A DNA stretch of 62,157 bases, filler included, from Catajapyx aquilonaris (GCA_000934665.2; 3 parts of 3 records of this genome joined end to end with filler, not necessarily neighbours in it); one strand, 5' to 3'. Positions 24,301 through 38,728 are shown, counted from the first letter of the whole stretch. Notes: generated by a model from the sequence alone, not told the origin. Numbers and translations are program-made.

Positions 24301-25144
24301 TGTACTGCTGACTGCTACTTTTTGGGCCATTCATCTCCGTTGAACCCTTGCATTCCCGAACCTTCTGGGTCCTTGGCACCATTGCAGGTGACATGCTGGG
24401 TGGTGAAGTGGCATCACCCATGTGTCCAACTGTAATGCAAAAAGAAAGGATACTGTAGCAAATTATTGAATGTTGGTCAAATCATCATTTCCACAAATTC
24501 TTCCACTGCCATAAATTGCGGGGAAAAGTTCATATTTCGGGCAAGTCGGAAAAAAATAACAGTCCAAGAGGGTTAACTTTTCACAAATATGCATTATCTG
24601 TGTCAGGTTTGGAGCAATCAACACTGAAACAAGTGACCACTTGGCCACTAATTATCCTTACAATTCCCACTGAGCATTGTTACCTGCAAAGGCTCTTTGG
24701 TAGAGCTCTCCGCTCTGGAAGATTGAGTTCTCAGGTATAAGAGGCCTGCGCTGCCGCTTACTTGGGGGTGGACCTAGGCTGTCATCACAGCGTCTGAAAT
24801 CGGCAACAGGGCTGTAAGAAATGAAAGAAGATGAGCATGGCATGCCATGTTCCAATGCACACATGTATGGCAACAGCCCATCCCTTCCCACCACTGGTGA
24901 GTTTGTGAGGTTCGAAGCCTGTACCGTGGGTGCACATGCACGGTTCCCATGGCAAGGCAGCCCTAGATCCTGTTTCTGGGTGTTGTCTGGGCGATGGGGC
25001 TGGGCCTAGTGGGCGACCGTTAAATGTATACCTAGGGTAGTTGTTCTGGTCGTCGTCGTCGTCCGAAGCCCGCCTCCTCTTCCTGGGCAGGAGACCGCGG
25101 ACCCAGTTGGAGACCCAGTCGACCGTGTTGCGGATGGTTTGCAT
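21339..25144 (-). CDS. SENP1: Sentrin/SUMO-specific protease (SENP1/2, Ulp1 family), 3'-incomplete; exons 25032-25144, 24684-24811, 24257-24429, 24034-24184, 23652-23788, 22271-22652, 21339-22117
   Basis: Peptidase C48 motifs WLNDEVINFY, LKRWTR..DIF, PVHLGMHWCL and YFDSMG are present, and the exon phases are consistent. The exon with the catalytic Cys (QxNxxDCG) is not seen. Confidence 0.9.
22763..23560. mobile_element. Composite MITE(s) in a SENP intron
   Basis: TTAA|ccctttga ... tcaaaggg|TTAA spans 22763-23239. Separately, aaaatgct..aaaaa.tcatctacagggtg (~22806-22838) is inverted to caccctgtagatga..tttt..agcatttt (~23507-23537). Confidence 0.5.
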
Positions 25145-26139
25145 CTGAACTAGCTGTGGCCTGGCGCCGAACTCTCCTCACCCCAAACAGTCGATGCACA
25201 CATCGACAATAACACAAGCCTCGGTTTCGTCGGCTAGCTACCACGACTCCTGACTTCTACGAGTCGCTTGTCGCTTCCCCGCGAGTGCCCCTTGCTTGCC
25301 CTCCCGCGAAGGCCTTGCTTGCTTGATGCTGCTGTCTTCCCCCCTCTCCTGCCCCCTACACCCCCCTTTTTAAGGAGGGCAAAACGTCATGGCGGAACAT
25401 GCAGCGAGATCGTCCCCAGTTGCCGGCAGGGGGAACACATGTCGCACATACGCAGATGGCGCTGGTCTCAACGGGTTTCGTTCAGCGCGGCCGGTTCGTC
25501 CTTCCCTTCAGTTCTTTTGGGCTCAAATTTGGACACAAAATGGGTTTCATTAAGTAATCAGTCAACATACATCTAGGATATAAGTGCAGTTTTAAGTGTT
25601 AATGTGATATGAATGTGATTTCACTGCGATGTAGCTCAAGTTATGCCAGGATCAAGTGCACCTCAAGATGGGTGAAGGTGTTCTATGCAGCTTAGTGCAC
25701 GTATACAGGTGCAGAGCCATCAGTGGAGATTCTTGCTGTTGTTTCATGCTGGTTTCACAGTTGAAGCAAAAGAGCCGGAGGCAATAATAATTGCAGGTAC
25801 CTGCCTTATTACCTTCTGTGGTGGGGATGACTGGGGAGTAACAATCCAGTTTCCGGCGACACCAAAACTGAGAGGACCACCGACTCAACCCACAGATCTC
25901 CCGGATGAATGACCACCGGCCAACATACTACAGCTGACGTTCCATTCGTTCCATTCAGCCGGCTGGCCGGTTGGCCACCCTGAGCCAGATGTTGCCATGT
26001 TGGCCATCCTGCGGGAAGATGGCGGCCTCCACGATGGTGACTTGGTGATGCGAAATTTGCGGAGGTAATCCTCCTCCTCCTCCTTGCTCAAAAAGGAAAG
26101 CGGTCTGGTTGGTGCCTGGCTCCGGGTGTGTGGCGAACG

Positions 26140-29100
26140 ATGGCCAGTTCCAGCCGATTGGGAGGCCCTGGGTCCAGAGCGGTGGTTGTCAGGCATGCGT
26201 CTGCCAAGAACTGCTTCCTTGCTGTGCCAGACTCATGGGTCAGGGCCTGGAAACCTGGAGGACAGAAGGTGGTTCACCATATCCCACTTGGTTGGGCCGC
26301 TTCACGAGACGCATTTGTTGCTTTTCCAGGTTCCGGCAGTGAGGTTGAAGTGGGCAGGAGGATCTTCGAAAGGCTACTTCTCATGCATTGGGTCGCCCTC
26401 CCTTGCTTCAGATGAGGTGTCTCTCAGCGGGGCGTTTGCACAGCAACTTGGGATCAAGGATGGAGAAGAAGCAAGCTTGACTGGGTGGCATGATGCACCA
26501 GTTGCCAGGGAGGTGGAGGTCAGGCCTGCTTCGAAGGACGACTGGGAAATTCTTGTAAGTGCAAGGAATCGTGTTGCATGATGGTAAGCAATGTAATATT
26601 GGTTGAAGAAAGTTTGGAGCGACAGCCAGGGAGTATGCAAAGTGTTGTGATAACCATTTGGATTTATGGATTGTGGTCATGTTGACATGGAATGGAGACT
26701 GGATATTTAAAGTGTCAAATTATTGACATGATGTGTGGTGTAACATGGTGAAGATTCTTCATGGACCTCTTTAAATGTTACTTGGAAGTAAGAGATTGAA
26801 ATTAATGCCTGGGATGTATTTCAACAGCAGCCATATAGGAAGGGCTACATAAGTTGGCTAGGGGGATATAAAAGGAAGGTAACATGAAGAAAGTGGGGAT
26901 ACCCGTGGTACAGCTTAAATCAATATTGGTGAAGGTCTTACGTGCGCCTGCCTTGTTTCAGTACTTTCATTCCACCACGGGGGTCTTACTACCCTTTTTT
27001 GTCAGTCAAGGGAATGTTTTTGCTCTTATAGTGCTTATAATTGCCTATTTTGTGGTTTTTGGCACTATTTTGCCTATTCTGGCTTTTTGTGACTTTTCAG
27101 GCCTATTTGGCCTTTTTTGGGATAGTTTTTGAACTTTTTGAAGCAATTTTGGGACTTTTTGGGCCTATTCCAGACCTATTCCTTCAGAGGCATGTTTGGT
27201 ATTTTTTTATGCTCCTGAAAGGACCAAAATCATTCAGAAGTAATACGAATTATGTTGCTATGACGTGCATGAGCCGGAAGGCGTTTCCAATCCGAGGATA
27301 ATCTGGAAAAATATTTGGTAACATACTGTGCACGTGGAATAATGGGCTGTAATGGTAGAGTCCAGAGGGGGGAGGCACGGTGGCCGAGATGGTAACGTCT
27401 CGGCTTGCTATGCGAAAGGTCCCGGGTTCAAATCCCCACCTGGGAACAAACCTTTCGCTTGCGTCAATGGGTCGTGACCCGCGCCTAAGGAGGCGCTAAG
27501 GTGTCTTGGCAACCTGACCTCCTGGGCGACTGCACCTGGCCCACGGCTGGACAATGCACCTGCACATGTGTCCCCTCCCCAAACCCCCCAACCCTTACCC
27601 CATTTCCTAGTAATCCTTGCACCGGAGTTCGAAGATAAACCATTAGAAAACTGTATGGTGGTCTGCCACCCCCCGATAACGACCAAGTGTTGTATCACGG
27701 GGTAAATTTTTTTTTTTTTAAAAAAACAAGGTAGAGTCCAGAGCAAGTGATACTTGCTTGTATTTTGTGTCTTTTGCCCAAGTTTTGTGATTTTCTGTCA
27801 GTTTATCATTGTTATTTGGTTTTTGCTCTGGTTTGTGACCGTATATTTGAAGACTGGGGGGAAGAATGATCAAGGTCCACTTTTTGTGTCTGTGTCTGGA
27901 AACACATCTGAGCGACCCGTTCCTTGTTTATTAACCCCCTCTAGATGGCGTTTCCGAACACAGGTTTCTATATGAAATATGTTTGTCTTGGTGCCCTCTA
28001 TTACCCGTAGAAATTTGTCAGTCCGCTCACCTAGCGCCTTCCACCTGACTTGTGTGAGCACTCCCGTTCCTTGTCTATTGACCCTCTCTAGATGGCGTTT
28101 CTGGATATGGGTTCCTATGTGAAAAATACTTGTCTTGGTCCCCTCTATTACCCCTACAAGTTTGTCGGCTGAATTTAGAAACTCCCTGTATAGGAGGACA
28201 GTCTCACTCCACTCACCAGAGAAAAGCAGAAACAGAGAAGGAAATATTATATTTATAATTGTATTATTGTAGTATGGTGTCTGAGCTATGTACTGTATTA
28301 TAACCTGTCAAGGCGAGTTCAGTGAATGAATTTTGATGACTACTGTTTGCTTTCAGGAGCTGAATTCTGATATAATTCAGTCGTCACTTTTGAACCAGCT
28401 CCGAGTAGTATGGCATAATGAAGTTGTGCTGGTCTGGATATCATCTTCATCGAGTATTCATTTACAAATTGGTACGGGCAAACGTGGATGTTGTATGTTC
28501 TGCTTTGGGCTAATGGTGTATATTGCCTTGCAGTGTCAGCTGCTCCTGAAGCTGGTTTTTGTTTTTTGGAACAGTTTACAGAGGTCAGCATACTTCCTCC
28601 AGATGCAAAAATGGCCTTGCCTGAAGCAGATCAGGATGCACATGAAACTTCAATTGACAACAGTGGTTTGAAGATGGACCCCCTCTCTCGGGGACTTCAA
28701 GTTGCTTTCTCTCAACTTATGTCACCTATCAATGCCTTTAAGTCCTTCCTTCAGTTTCCTGATTCAGAAGCAAGTGTTGATGAAATGGACCTATCTGGAG
28801 GATGTGTAAAATGCAGAGACAACTCAAAACCACACTTCACTGTGTGCTCAAGGGTTCATCCTTTTCCTGAAAACATTCCTAATCCCATTAGTAATGAAGA
28901 TAAGCTTTTATTGCATCCTTACAATGTTTTTGTGTATGAGAAGGTTTTACAGAGTTCAGGCAAGTTACCAGACAGGTTTCTTGTTTCGATCAAAAAGTAC
29001 CAAACTGTTCCTGATACGTCGGAGATCGGTTTAGTTGCAAGTGTTGTTATGGTTGATAAATTTAAATTTTCACCACCAATCCAAGAATGGATTGAGAAAA

Positions 29101-32100
29101 ATTTTGGAAGTACTTCTGTTGTTGTGCCTGATTCACTGCGAAGAAGTCTGGGACTCAGCATTGGTTGCAAGGTGGAGATGAGCAGACTAAATTGTGATTG
29201 TGTTCACTCACCTGAAAAAGTGGAACTTCTTCCATTAACAAAATGGGTGAGAATACTCTTTTTTTCTTTTATGTAATTATATTGTAACTGGGAAAGAGCA
29301 ACCTACCAGGGCTCCAAATTTTAAAAGTTTGTAGCTTAAGAAAGTGTTGCTATTGGTACCACTTAATTTTACAATATGTGATTGCATTGCTCCGCAGGAA
29401 GGCAATCCGTTGGAATGCTTGACCACTGCTGCAAATTTTTATCAACATATTTTGGTCAACACATCATCTCTTTTGACTCTTTCTGGCCAAGACTTTGTAG
29501 TGCAATTATCCCCATCATCTCTGCAGTGGACTGTTCTGTGCCCAGAAAACCTTCAGTTTATTAGAGTGACATTGGGCCCAATTTTCACTGCTGCCACACC
29601 ATATTGCATGGGCACATTAGAATTGGACTTGCCAAAGTGGTGGGAGCAAACAGCAACACGTGTGTGAGTATTTTGAAAAATAATTGTTAAAAGGAATGGT
29701 GTTTGTTTATGTTCAGGGTTTGTACAGTCTATTACTTGCAGAGATGTGGATACATTGATGGACACTTGCATAACATACCTGCATACAGGTCTTCATTTGG
29801 ATGAGGTGGCAGCACAGTTGTTTCAAGAGTCTTCTGGCTCACAAACTGGGAACCTTTGTGTGACAGGTCCAAATGGTGCTGGAAAGTCAACTCTTGTAAC
29901 TGCTATTTGTCAAAAGTTACAAATGTCACCATACTATGTGTGGTCTCGCATTATTGATTGCAAAGTTCTGAAAGGTTTGTTAATCATCACAAGGCTGAAA
30001 GGTGCAATATTGGCATATGAGAGAATATCTGACATATTTTTGTTTATGGGTTTCTAGGGAAAAAACCAGACACCATTCAAAGGCACATGCAAGAAATATT
30101 TTCTGATGCTGCTAATCATCAGCCATCTATTGTATTTCTGGAAGACTTGGACTTGTTGGCACCATCATTATCAAGTCCTGACGAGGCCACTTCAGATGCA
30201 AATAAATATTCTCAGAGGTACAATCTTTTATGCATGTGGCTAATGGGAATCCATTACATTGCTGCTCTCCAACATGCAGGATTAGCCATGTGATATGGGA
30301 AGCTGTCAATAAGCTCCCCAAAGCAAACTGTGTGGTTTTGATAGCAACAGCTAAGTCAAAGACATCTCTCCATTCAGATATGAAGGCAAAGCGAGGATGC
30401 AGGCTATTTCAGAAGTTTGTGGAAATTTCACCTCTGGACAAGGTATAACATTGTTATTTTGTGTTGATGATCCGCTACTAGTACAGGTGTTTAATTGTAA
30501 TATTTTGATTCTGCAGGGAGGAAGAGAATTGTTGCTGCATCATGAATTGCTCCAGCTTTCGGATGGGATTGCAGAAGATATTCTGTCAAAACAAACTTGG
30601 AATGCTTATTCAAACAAGATGGATGGATATGTAGCCCATGACTTGAAGATGGTTGTTGAAAGGGCTGTCTTGTCTATGTGCCATAGATGTTCCAGTTCAA
30701 GCAACAAACGGATTCTTCAAGAATCCGATTTAGAGGCAGCTATCTCTGGATATTTACCAGTTTCCTTAAGAGGTATAGATTTACACAAGTCCAGTGATAA
30801 AAAGAGCTGGAGCAATGTTGGAGGTCTTCAAGCTGTCAAGAAGACTTTGGTTGAGATTCTTCTTTGGCCTACAAAGGTAGCTTATTGCTTTGATGCAGTT
30901 TCCTCTTGCTAAAAGTCAAATTGTGTTTTTGCAGTATCCAGACTTGTTTGCCGACTGTCCTATCCGGCTTCATTCTGGAATACTGCTGTATGGTGCTCCT
31001 GGAACAGGAAAGACCCTCCTGGCAGGTGTGGTGGCTCAAGAATGTGGGCTGAACTTCATTAGTGTGAAGGTTTGTAATTGTACTGAATAAAGTTTATAAA
31101 CAGTGCTGATCCTTAAAATATTTTAGGGTCCTGAGCTGCTCTCCAAATACATTGGTGCAAGTGAGCAAGCAGTGGTGGATCTGTTTCAGAGGTACGGTTC
31201 GGCCATAATATATGTAAAAGGGCAGCAATTTTAATACATTGATTGACTACCTGATTCTTGCAGGGCACGAAATGCAAAGCCATGCATTATATTCTTTGAC
31301 GAATTTGATAGTCTTGTACCGAGGTGAGTTTATTTTGCTTTTGTGGCCTTTAAAAAACTCCTATCGGCATGCAATTGTACAATTTGATGAATAGCATGCA
31401 TTTTGCTGTTATGTTACTGTATGAGGCGAGTAATAAGCTTTCTGGAATGGCATTATTGCTGCAATCATTCTCCATTCACCTACACAATAGGGCAAAATTG
31501 GTGATTAATTATGTCTTCTGGTAAGTGGCCTCCTCCATTGTGACCACATGTCTTTGGCAATGACAGGTATCAGGTGAGCAGTACAAGGTCACTCAAGCAG
31601 TTGCACCAGACTTCCTTTCACATGCCTTCTTTTAATTTTTTTTCTGCTAGATTCTTGCTTACAGTGACACCTTTTGAAATTCATTAGAGGAGCCATTCAA
31701 GTTGGGAGTGGTGATCATTGTGGGGCACAAAAGAGATGAAATATGGCTGTCATCCCAAGTGGGCGCTTGGGGAGAAAGGCTTGAATATTTCCCCCATCCT
31801 GCCACCTCACCCGCCAACCTTGCATGGGAAATTTTCCTGTCAGGCTCAAATGATGAGTGTGGTGATGTCAGGTGATTTGCTTTAGTTTGTTGTGGGCTTC
31901 CTGCAGACTGTGTGCTAATCTTCTCATAATGCATGGTGCCTTGTTAATTTAAGTGGGAGTCTGTGTCGAGAAGGCTGATTACACATGAGTGGGACGAATT
32001 CAGGTAACAGTTGGCCAGTGTGAAGGTGGCAAATGAGTCCTTTCAGCAAACTTTCATAGGCGACTTAGGTGAATGAAGATTAGGATGTCCTCTTGCAATT

Positions 32101-35100
32101 ATTATCCAGGCGAGGACATGACAGCGCAGGTGTGACAGACCGGGTGGTCAACCAGTTTTTAACTCAACTGGATGGTGTGGAGGGTGTCAGCAGAGGAGTG
32201 TATGTCCTTGCAGCCACCAGCAGACCAGACCTTATTGACCCTGCCCTTCTTAGACCCGGACGCATTGACAGGGTCATACATTGCCCTATGCCTAATAAAG
32301 TTAGTTGGAATTCTTTATATGAATCAGATATGGATTGGTACTTTTCACAGTTGCTCCTAATTTTACTGGTTATATATTGAATTGCAGGGTGACAGGAAAG
32401 AAATTCTTGACGCCCTCTCAGCATCTGTAAACTTAGGAAAGGATGTTGATTTGTTTGCAGTGGCATCAGCAACAGAAAATTTTACTGGAGCAGATATCCA
32501 TGCTTTATTGTACAATGCGAGGTTACTGGCTCTTCGAGAAATTATAGGAACTAAGAACAAAGGTAAATTTGATTGCCTAATCTTTCTAGTCTACCATGTG
32601 TTTTACTTTATTTGTCAAGAAACAAGTTGTTGTGAAACATCCTTGAGGTATGAAAAGGATATAGAATCTAACAACTTGTATGCTTAAAGTGATGGTGAGG
32701 TGAGGATCAACCTGTGTCAGAACCAAATAAAAAAGTAATGTGCAACTGAAAAGGGCTATCTAGGAAATTGTTTAGCAGGTGTATGAAGCTTGTTGTAATA
32801 TTAAACTCTCATGGGGTTTAGTGACGTATGCATCATTAGCAAAAAAGTTATGAGTTGTTTACTTTTGGAGAGCAGAAGCTGTACACCTGTTATGTGATCA
32901 AGAAAAAAGAATGGTATGATGCTGTCAGAAAGATCTTAAGACTTGAGACCAGACCATCGAACATAAAGTACTTTTATATCCTTTCTGAATGGGATGGGAA
33001 GGAATGTGAATAGAAACTTTGTCGTCATGAGCACATGTATTAGTACTATCTGGACCATCTTTTGGCCTATATTAGATGTTTTGGCTTTTTACTTTGTGCC
33101 ACTAACACAAGGTGTGTTAATTTCTTAGGAGCCTATCTTTCAAAGAAGTGACAAATGTGGACATACACTACTCATTAATTTTCAATACACCACCTGAATA
33201 GTCGTTTATTCCGTAAGTAATGAACAATAGAAGCTAGTTTGTGAAAAATATGAATCTAATTGGGCATGTGAACATGTTTTGAACTCATACACGTAGTTTA
33301 CAAAACAATGAATTCAGCCTTCACTTCTATATATTATTTTTTCTCCATCAGAGTACCCACCCTTAACAGCGATCACAGCAGTGAAAATGTGGGGCTTTCA
33401 ATCTGTGTAAATCAATTTGTCGAAAGTTCAGTCCCAATTGCAGTCTCCTCTTGCACCAACTCCCAAAGGTAATTTTGCATGTCTCGAACACATCTATCCA
33501 GATGATTCCAAGGAATTCAATTGGATTGCGATCAGGACTCTTGGGTGTCTAAACCATGTTCTTCAGACCCTGTTGTCATTGTTTTGACTGAACATACTCG
33601 TACTTTTTGCAAAGAATGGAGGTGTGTTTTGGGTCATGGTCTTGGTGTAGTATGAAACTCATATTAAATCTATAATTATTTATCATAAACTAGCTTTGTG
33701 TGTTTATCTTTCTGAATAATCAACTACTGAGGTGGCCTGATGATGTATTGAAATTAATGAGCAGTAGTGTATGCTGACACCATAAAATTGGGCTGACCTT
33801 TAAACCACCATGTCACTATATGACCTTCTATTTCAAATCCATACTTTGGTTAGCCACCACTGTTTCCCCTGAAACTGAAATGCCGTGAAAGTTCTCTAGT
33901 TTTAGAGTAGGGCCTACCTTTAAAGAACATTTGAGGCAATTTATGAAAAGCATCCATTTATTATTTTCACGCATGTTTCTGTAGTGAGCTGGGGGAAGAC
34001 AAGTTTTTGATAAAATGTTAATTTATTTTTAGAGTTGGAAGCTGGAGATTCTGGTGAGACTAAAATCGAAGGCCATCAAGGTCAGGTGAGTCAGATGCTT
34101 TTTATTTAAGTGGTTATTCGAAATTGAATTTGGACTACTCGAATGATGCAGCATGCTTTCCAGTATACACCAAACAAAATTCAGCAACACTTTATTATAG
34201 TACTGGTACTAGCTTATAGTACTAGTTTATACAAGTATCTCTTTTATTGCTCTCAGCTATGCATGACATCATCACCAATAAATGAACTACAAGCACAATC
34301 AAGCTTGGTTTTGGTTGGAATTGCATGAGATAGACGTAGTTCAGTGCCTGACTCCACGTAGTCGCAACTCAATTTCTCTCTGGCAATGCTGGAGTTAGGT
34401 TATGCTTGCACTCTAGGCATCAATTATACGGTAATTCACTGTACGCGGGTGTTGACAAACGCCTCAACGTTTGGATGGTGAATCATTGTTACTTGAAGAA
34501 GGCTCAACCTACTTACCCTTTGAAAAATATCCCATGCAAACTGACCCACTTGCCATTAATCACCAGCCGAACTCAAGGCAACAGGGATTAAACTTGAGAC
34601 AATAACACATTCAGTGCAGAACAGGCGGTTGGACCCGAACCTTTTGTGGTAGCAAAGGATTAGAAACAGTTGAGGAGAAAAGGAAACGCAAATCCCATTC
34701 TGGATCCCAAAACACTAGCGGTGCAAGTACTGTGGTTGCTACCTGCACGGGTTGCTGGAAACAAAGCCGATTCCTCTTGCCAAATGCAGCAGTATCAATA
34801 TCCTTTCCTTTGAGTTCAAAGCAAATCTTGCTCGCTACAGTGCATCCTCTTCAACGATCAGGCTTTGTGCATTTACCCTCTTTCAGTTATTTCGTGCATA
34901 GTATGATAATAGTTGAGACTACTCTTGCATGTCCAAAAGATTTGCCAGACATTTACCGGGGAAGCACACTTGCATCCATCCATCCTTTGAGGCCCTCTTT
35001 TGTACAGTACACTCCGCCCACGTTGGTCTTGTTATTCAGTACTGCTCAGGGATTATTAGACATATGTAGGAAAGGGCAACTTAAAAATAAATATCTGGAG

Positions 35101-38100
35101 TAAACACTGCTACCCATCGCTCCAACTTTACCACAAAAACTCTTTCCCCTCCCTGGAAGGCAGGCAAGAATAATTAAAACCAGCAATATGAACTGTAGGC
35201 TAAGTTGAGAGGGGGAGTTGGAACGCCCAATAAAGGCAGCCGAGTGTTTTTCCACTTATTAAGTCATTAAATCCCCATTTAAAAGTTTGGAGATTATTGT
35301 GGGTTATTCTCTGGGCGTTGCCTGGAAACATTTGAAAAATCCCAACCCTCCCTCCACCTCTTCTCTCTCTGGAATCAAGTGGGGAAGAATGAGGCGAAAT
35401 GAGCTACCGCGTCATGAGTTTAGGCCTAACCCAGATTAAGGTTTTCCATCAAACCCTGTAGCTGCAAGGCTGGATCATCCCTTCAGGTCACATTGCCCAT
35501 TTAAAAATAATAAAAAAATAAAAGTATAGCCATCATAGGTCGATTTATTTGCCATAGTGACCGCGAGAAAGTGGGTGGCTGACTTGATCTTGCGCGTCAT
35601 GTGGTATGGTATTAGAGCCGTGCAGTGCAGGTACGTGTTTGTTCCTGACACAACGGCAGTTTCAATTCTGAGGTACGTTTATTATGACGAAAATCCGTTT
35701 CTGTGCGGCGAGACACATTGTGATTTTGTTAAGCTTATGTGCAGAAACGTGGAGTCGAGTTGGAGAGTCTCTGTAAGTTGCACAATGAGGCCCCTCCCAG
35801 TCGTAATTACATGAACTTTGTTGTGCCAGAATGAAACCAGCGGACTCGTCGGATATAATTTGAATTGCGGGCATAGTCCTTGCAATGATCGATTACAGGG
35901 TCTTGTGCAGTTTCTTTCCCCCCCACTCCCACAGCAGCCCTTGGCAACCTCCTGGTGCGATTGCAAAGGTCGTGAAAAGCGATATTTTTATTTATTACCT
36001 CCGAGATTTGTGAGTCTTGGCAAGAAATGACCGCACTTTTACGACCTCTCAAAAAATGGAGGGTGGGTGGAATTGACTTTTTTTTCTGACTCTCTCATTT
36101 CCTCGTGACAATCCCTTACGAAATGGAGTCTTGGCTTCCATTTTTTTTTTCTGTGGGTATTGGGCACATCCTCGCTGCTTTTGTGGCTGACCTAAGACCA
36201 AAGGGAAGCTTCCTGTGTTTATCACGTTATTTAAACCTGCGGTCCGGTGGGCTCCGTAATAAAGTCGTATTATCCTCGGAATGATGAAAGGTTGTTGGGG
36301 GAAAAGCATCGGGTGGGATTAAGTGCAGTGGGGTCTCCTTAATGTTGCAGACCCACGTGCAAGCAGGCTAATGAAAGGAATGCTGGCTGAGAGTTTGAGG
36401 CGGATTAAGAGGTTAATTAAGAGGGCGCCCCTCAGAATTATGGGTGCTCTACTATGCAGGAGAGCCTTGATGTGAGGGGACTTCCCATGATATTGATACA
36501 TTCATTTGCGAAATATGCGCTTGTATTTCGTATAAGTGGAAAATACGGAGATACCACGTATTAGTATTTAAATTGTGACGTTCCTCATTAGATGGCAGTG
36601 GGCCTGGGTGGAGGGCTCGTTTGTAGAATCGTGAAACGGCCTGGCTGCAGGCTTGTCTCAATAAATGGGTTGTCCCGAACGTGTTGGACCACGACCCCGA
36701 GTGACCTTACGGAGGGCTAACCAGAGGTGAAACTCTCGCGAAATTAATAAATTAGCATGTTTTTATTTATTAGAATTAGGTAATTACTTTGGGTGGAAGT
36801 GTGATAACATGACCTCCAGCAAGGGACGATTTGAGGCCAACTTGTTTGTCAGGTGGTGTCGAAACGACGTGTATAGGCTGACACGCCCCGGCGTATATGA
36901 ATAGTGTAACGGTCCGGCGGGGATCGACGCAAGCAGAGTGAGGTTCTCCGGAAAGGCGCAGGTCTACCCTTGTTGCTGGTTAATTTTTCAATTATTTTTT
37001 GCAGCGGGCCTGCGTGTGGAGGGGTTTTCATTGCCCAGCCCCCACGGATTAATTGGAGCCTTGATTGCTGTTTGCTTCTCCCAGTTTTAATTAGCCTCTC
37101 GCTGATTTACTTCCAAAGGAGAATATTTGGTCTTGGTTGGAAGCCGCAAAGGAGACGGTTAAGGGTCTGCTGCACGATATTTTTTGATCGTTGTTCTGTG
37201 GTTTGGGTATTGTTTATGGTGTGCCTTGTTCTTGGGGGGGTAATTATATAAATAGTGCTATTTTGCTGTGCTTGTGACGATGATGGTGGCACTATAGGGA
37301 AATAGTGTGGGAAGAAGTGTGTATAGGAGACGTATAACTATATACGTACAAGTATGCAGTGCACTGCTCTTATGCGCAGTAATATCACTGGTACGATCAG
37401 ATGACGTTCACGTGTAGACCTGGCTGGTATGAGCTATGCGGCATATTGATTCACACATATAACAGTTTTTTTCACAATTTAATATATCCTGAATAAGTTA
37501 TGCCGTTGTGAACATTATACTTATAATCAGTATTGTGGAAGACATAATTATAACACACGTGTGCAGTGGAAAATCGCATGACCATTCGACTTTACGGAGA
37601 TATGTCAAATATGCGCTAAAATTTCGAAATAATTGAAGCATTTACGATTAGTTCTACAAAATCGTATTATCCTTTGTTAACTATTGCTGGTGCATAATAG
37701 AGCACCTCATTTTCCGTACAAACGGGATTTGAATATATGTCCTGTTTAATTGAATTTCCCACGATCTGCTAATTCTTACGGACGGGTGAGTAATGATAAG
37801 ATTTTAAGTGGCGCAATTAATCGCACTTTTTTATTTTGTGGAGAGAAGATATGGCGTTCCTGGTGATAACAGTTCAAAAACGAACCACCTTTGTTTCCGT
37901 CTTTCAACAAACCATTCCAACGTTGTTGTTTTTCTTCATTTTGCGAAAACTTGGTGCCCGCCATCACTCCCTGTGTGTCGACAGACATATCGCGTCTTTT
38001 TCTGCTCGGTATACATTTTCCTCCCCATCCTTTTTTTCTTTCTTGTCCTCCTCTATCTTGTTCCCCTCTGCGAAGCTCCACCTTCTCCATGAGCTTGGAC

Positions 38101-38728
38101 AGCGGAGAAAATTGATTCCATTTCCGGAGATGCCCAGATTTTCCGGGATGCTGCCAGTCACGTCCCAGGTGACGGGGCCGCATTCTTTCCTTCCTTCTCA
38201 ATTCCCCCCTAGCTCCTCCAGCTCTTTCTGTTTCGCTTTATCTCTCCACACCCCTCCAATTCTTCTCACACTTTTTCGCTGCTCTGCGCTTTGCCCAAGG
38301 GGAGACACATTATTTATACTGGCAGATTTCACTTTTTTTTTTTGTTCCACTTACTTCCTTTGCAACCCAGTGCTCTTGGGGTGCTATACGAAAGCGGCTT
38401 GGTCGCATTTAGAATAATACATACGCATTTATGTTAATATTTTGGATATATTTCGCCAGTGCAATAAATGAATATCTGTTTGTAGAAACCCTTGAAGAAG
38501 GCGATCGTAATTAACAAGAAGCATGTGAATGAGGCGCTGTCAAACTTGCGGCCGTCATTGAAGAAGGATGACAGAAGACGCTTTCAGAAAATGTAAGTAA
38601 ACGCGATTGTAAACAATGATCAGTTATTAACAAACGTGGTCATTTTCAGATTCAAGTCGTTTCAAAGTGCAAGGGGTCATTTTGACATAAGCGAGGCTTT
38701 GAAGAAGCCTAGAGTAACATTAGCCTGA
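26140..38728 (+). CDS. PEX1: Peroxisome biogenesis AAA ATPase PEX1; 17 exons: 26140-26268, 26330-26554, 28357-28471, 28534-29246, 29398-29663, 29742-29974, 30058-30217, 30280-30442, 30517-30876, 30935-31069, 31127-31191, 31264-31323, 32110-32299, 32388-32562, 34033-34085, 38486-38592, 38650-38728
   Basis: N-domain KNCFL and DDWEILEL. D1 Walker A GPNGAGKS with FLEDLD. D2 motifs [58 protein letters not shown] and [11 protein letters not shown]. The C-terminus is RVTLA*. Confidence 0.95.
27368..27729 (+). mobile_element. tRNA-derived SINE in PEX1 intron 2
   Basis: Pol III A-box tggccgagatgg and B-box ggttcaaatcc, a T/A homopolymer tail, and a 14-bp TSD ggtagagtccagag at 27354-27367 and 27730-27743. 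Confidence 0.85.
27910..28190. mobile_element. Partial, tandem-duplicated copy of the Tc1/mariner MITE family at 15778-17973
   Basis: cccgttccttgt...ctctagatggcgtttc...tgtcttggt.ccctctattacc occurs twice, and the block ends in ccctg|TA. Confidence 0.75.

Noticed and set aside
27374..27445. tRNA-like sequence
   Set aside because: It has no convincing acceptor stem and is the head of a TSD-flanked SINE.
33731..33799. TGATGA...CTGA pair in a PEX1 intron suggesting a C/D snoRNA
   Set aside because: The box C context is imperfect, the spacing is short, and no rRNA-complementary guide was recognised.
37836..38417. 193-aa ORF in a PEX1 intron and similar ORFs at 38.8-41 kb
   Set aside because: The sequence is low-complexity and pyrimidine-rich, with no domain or splice support.
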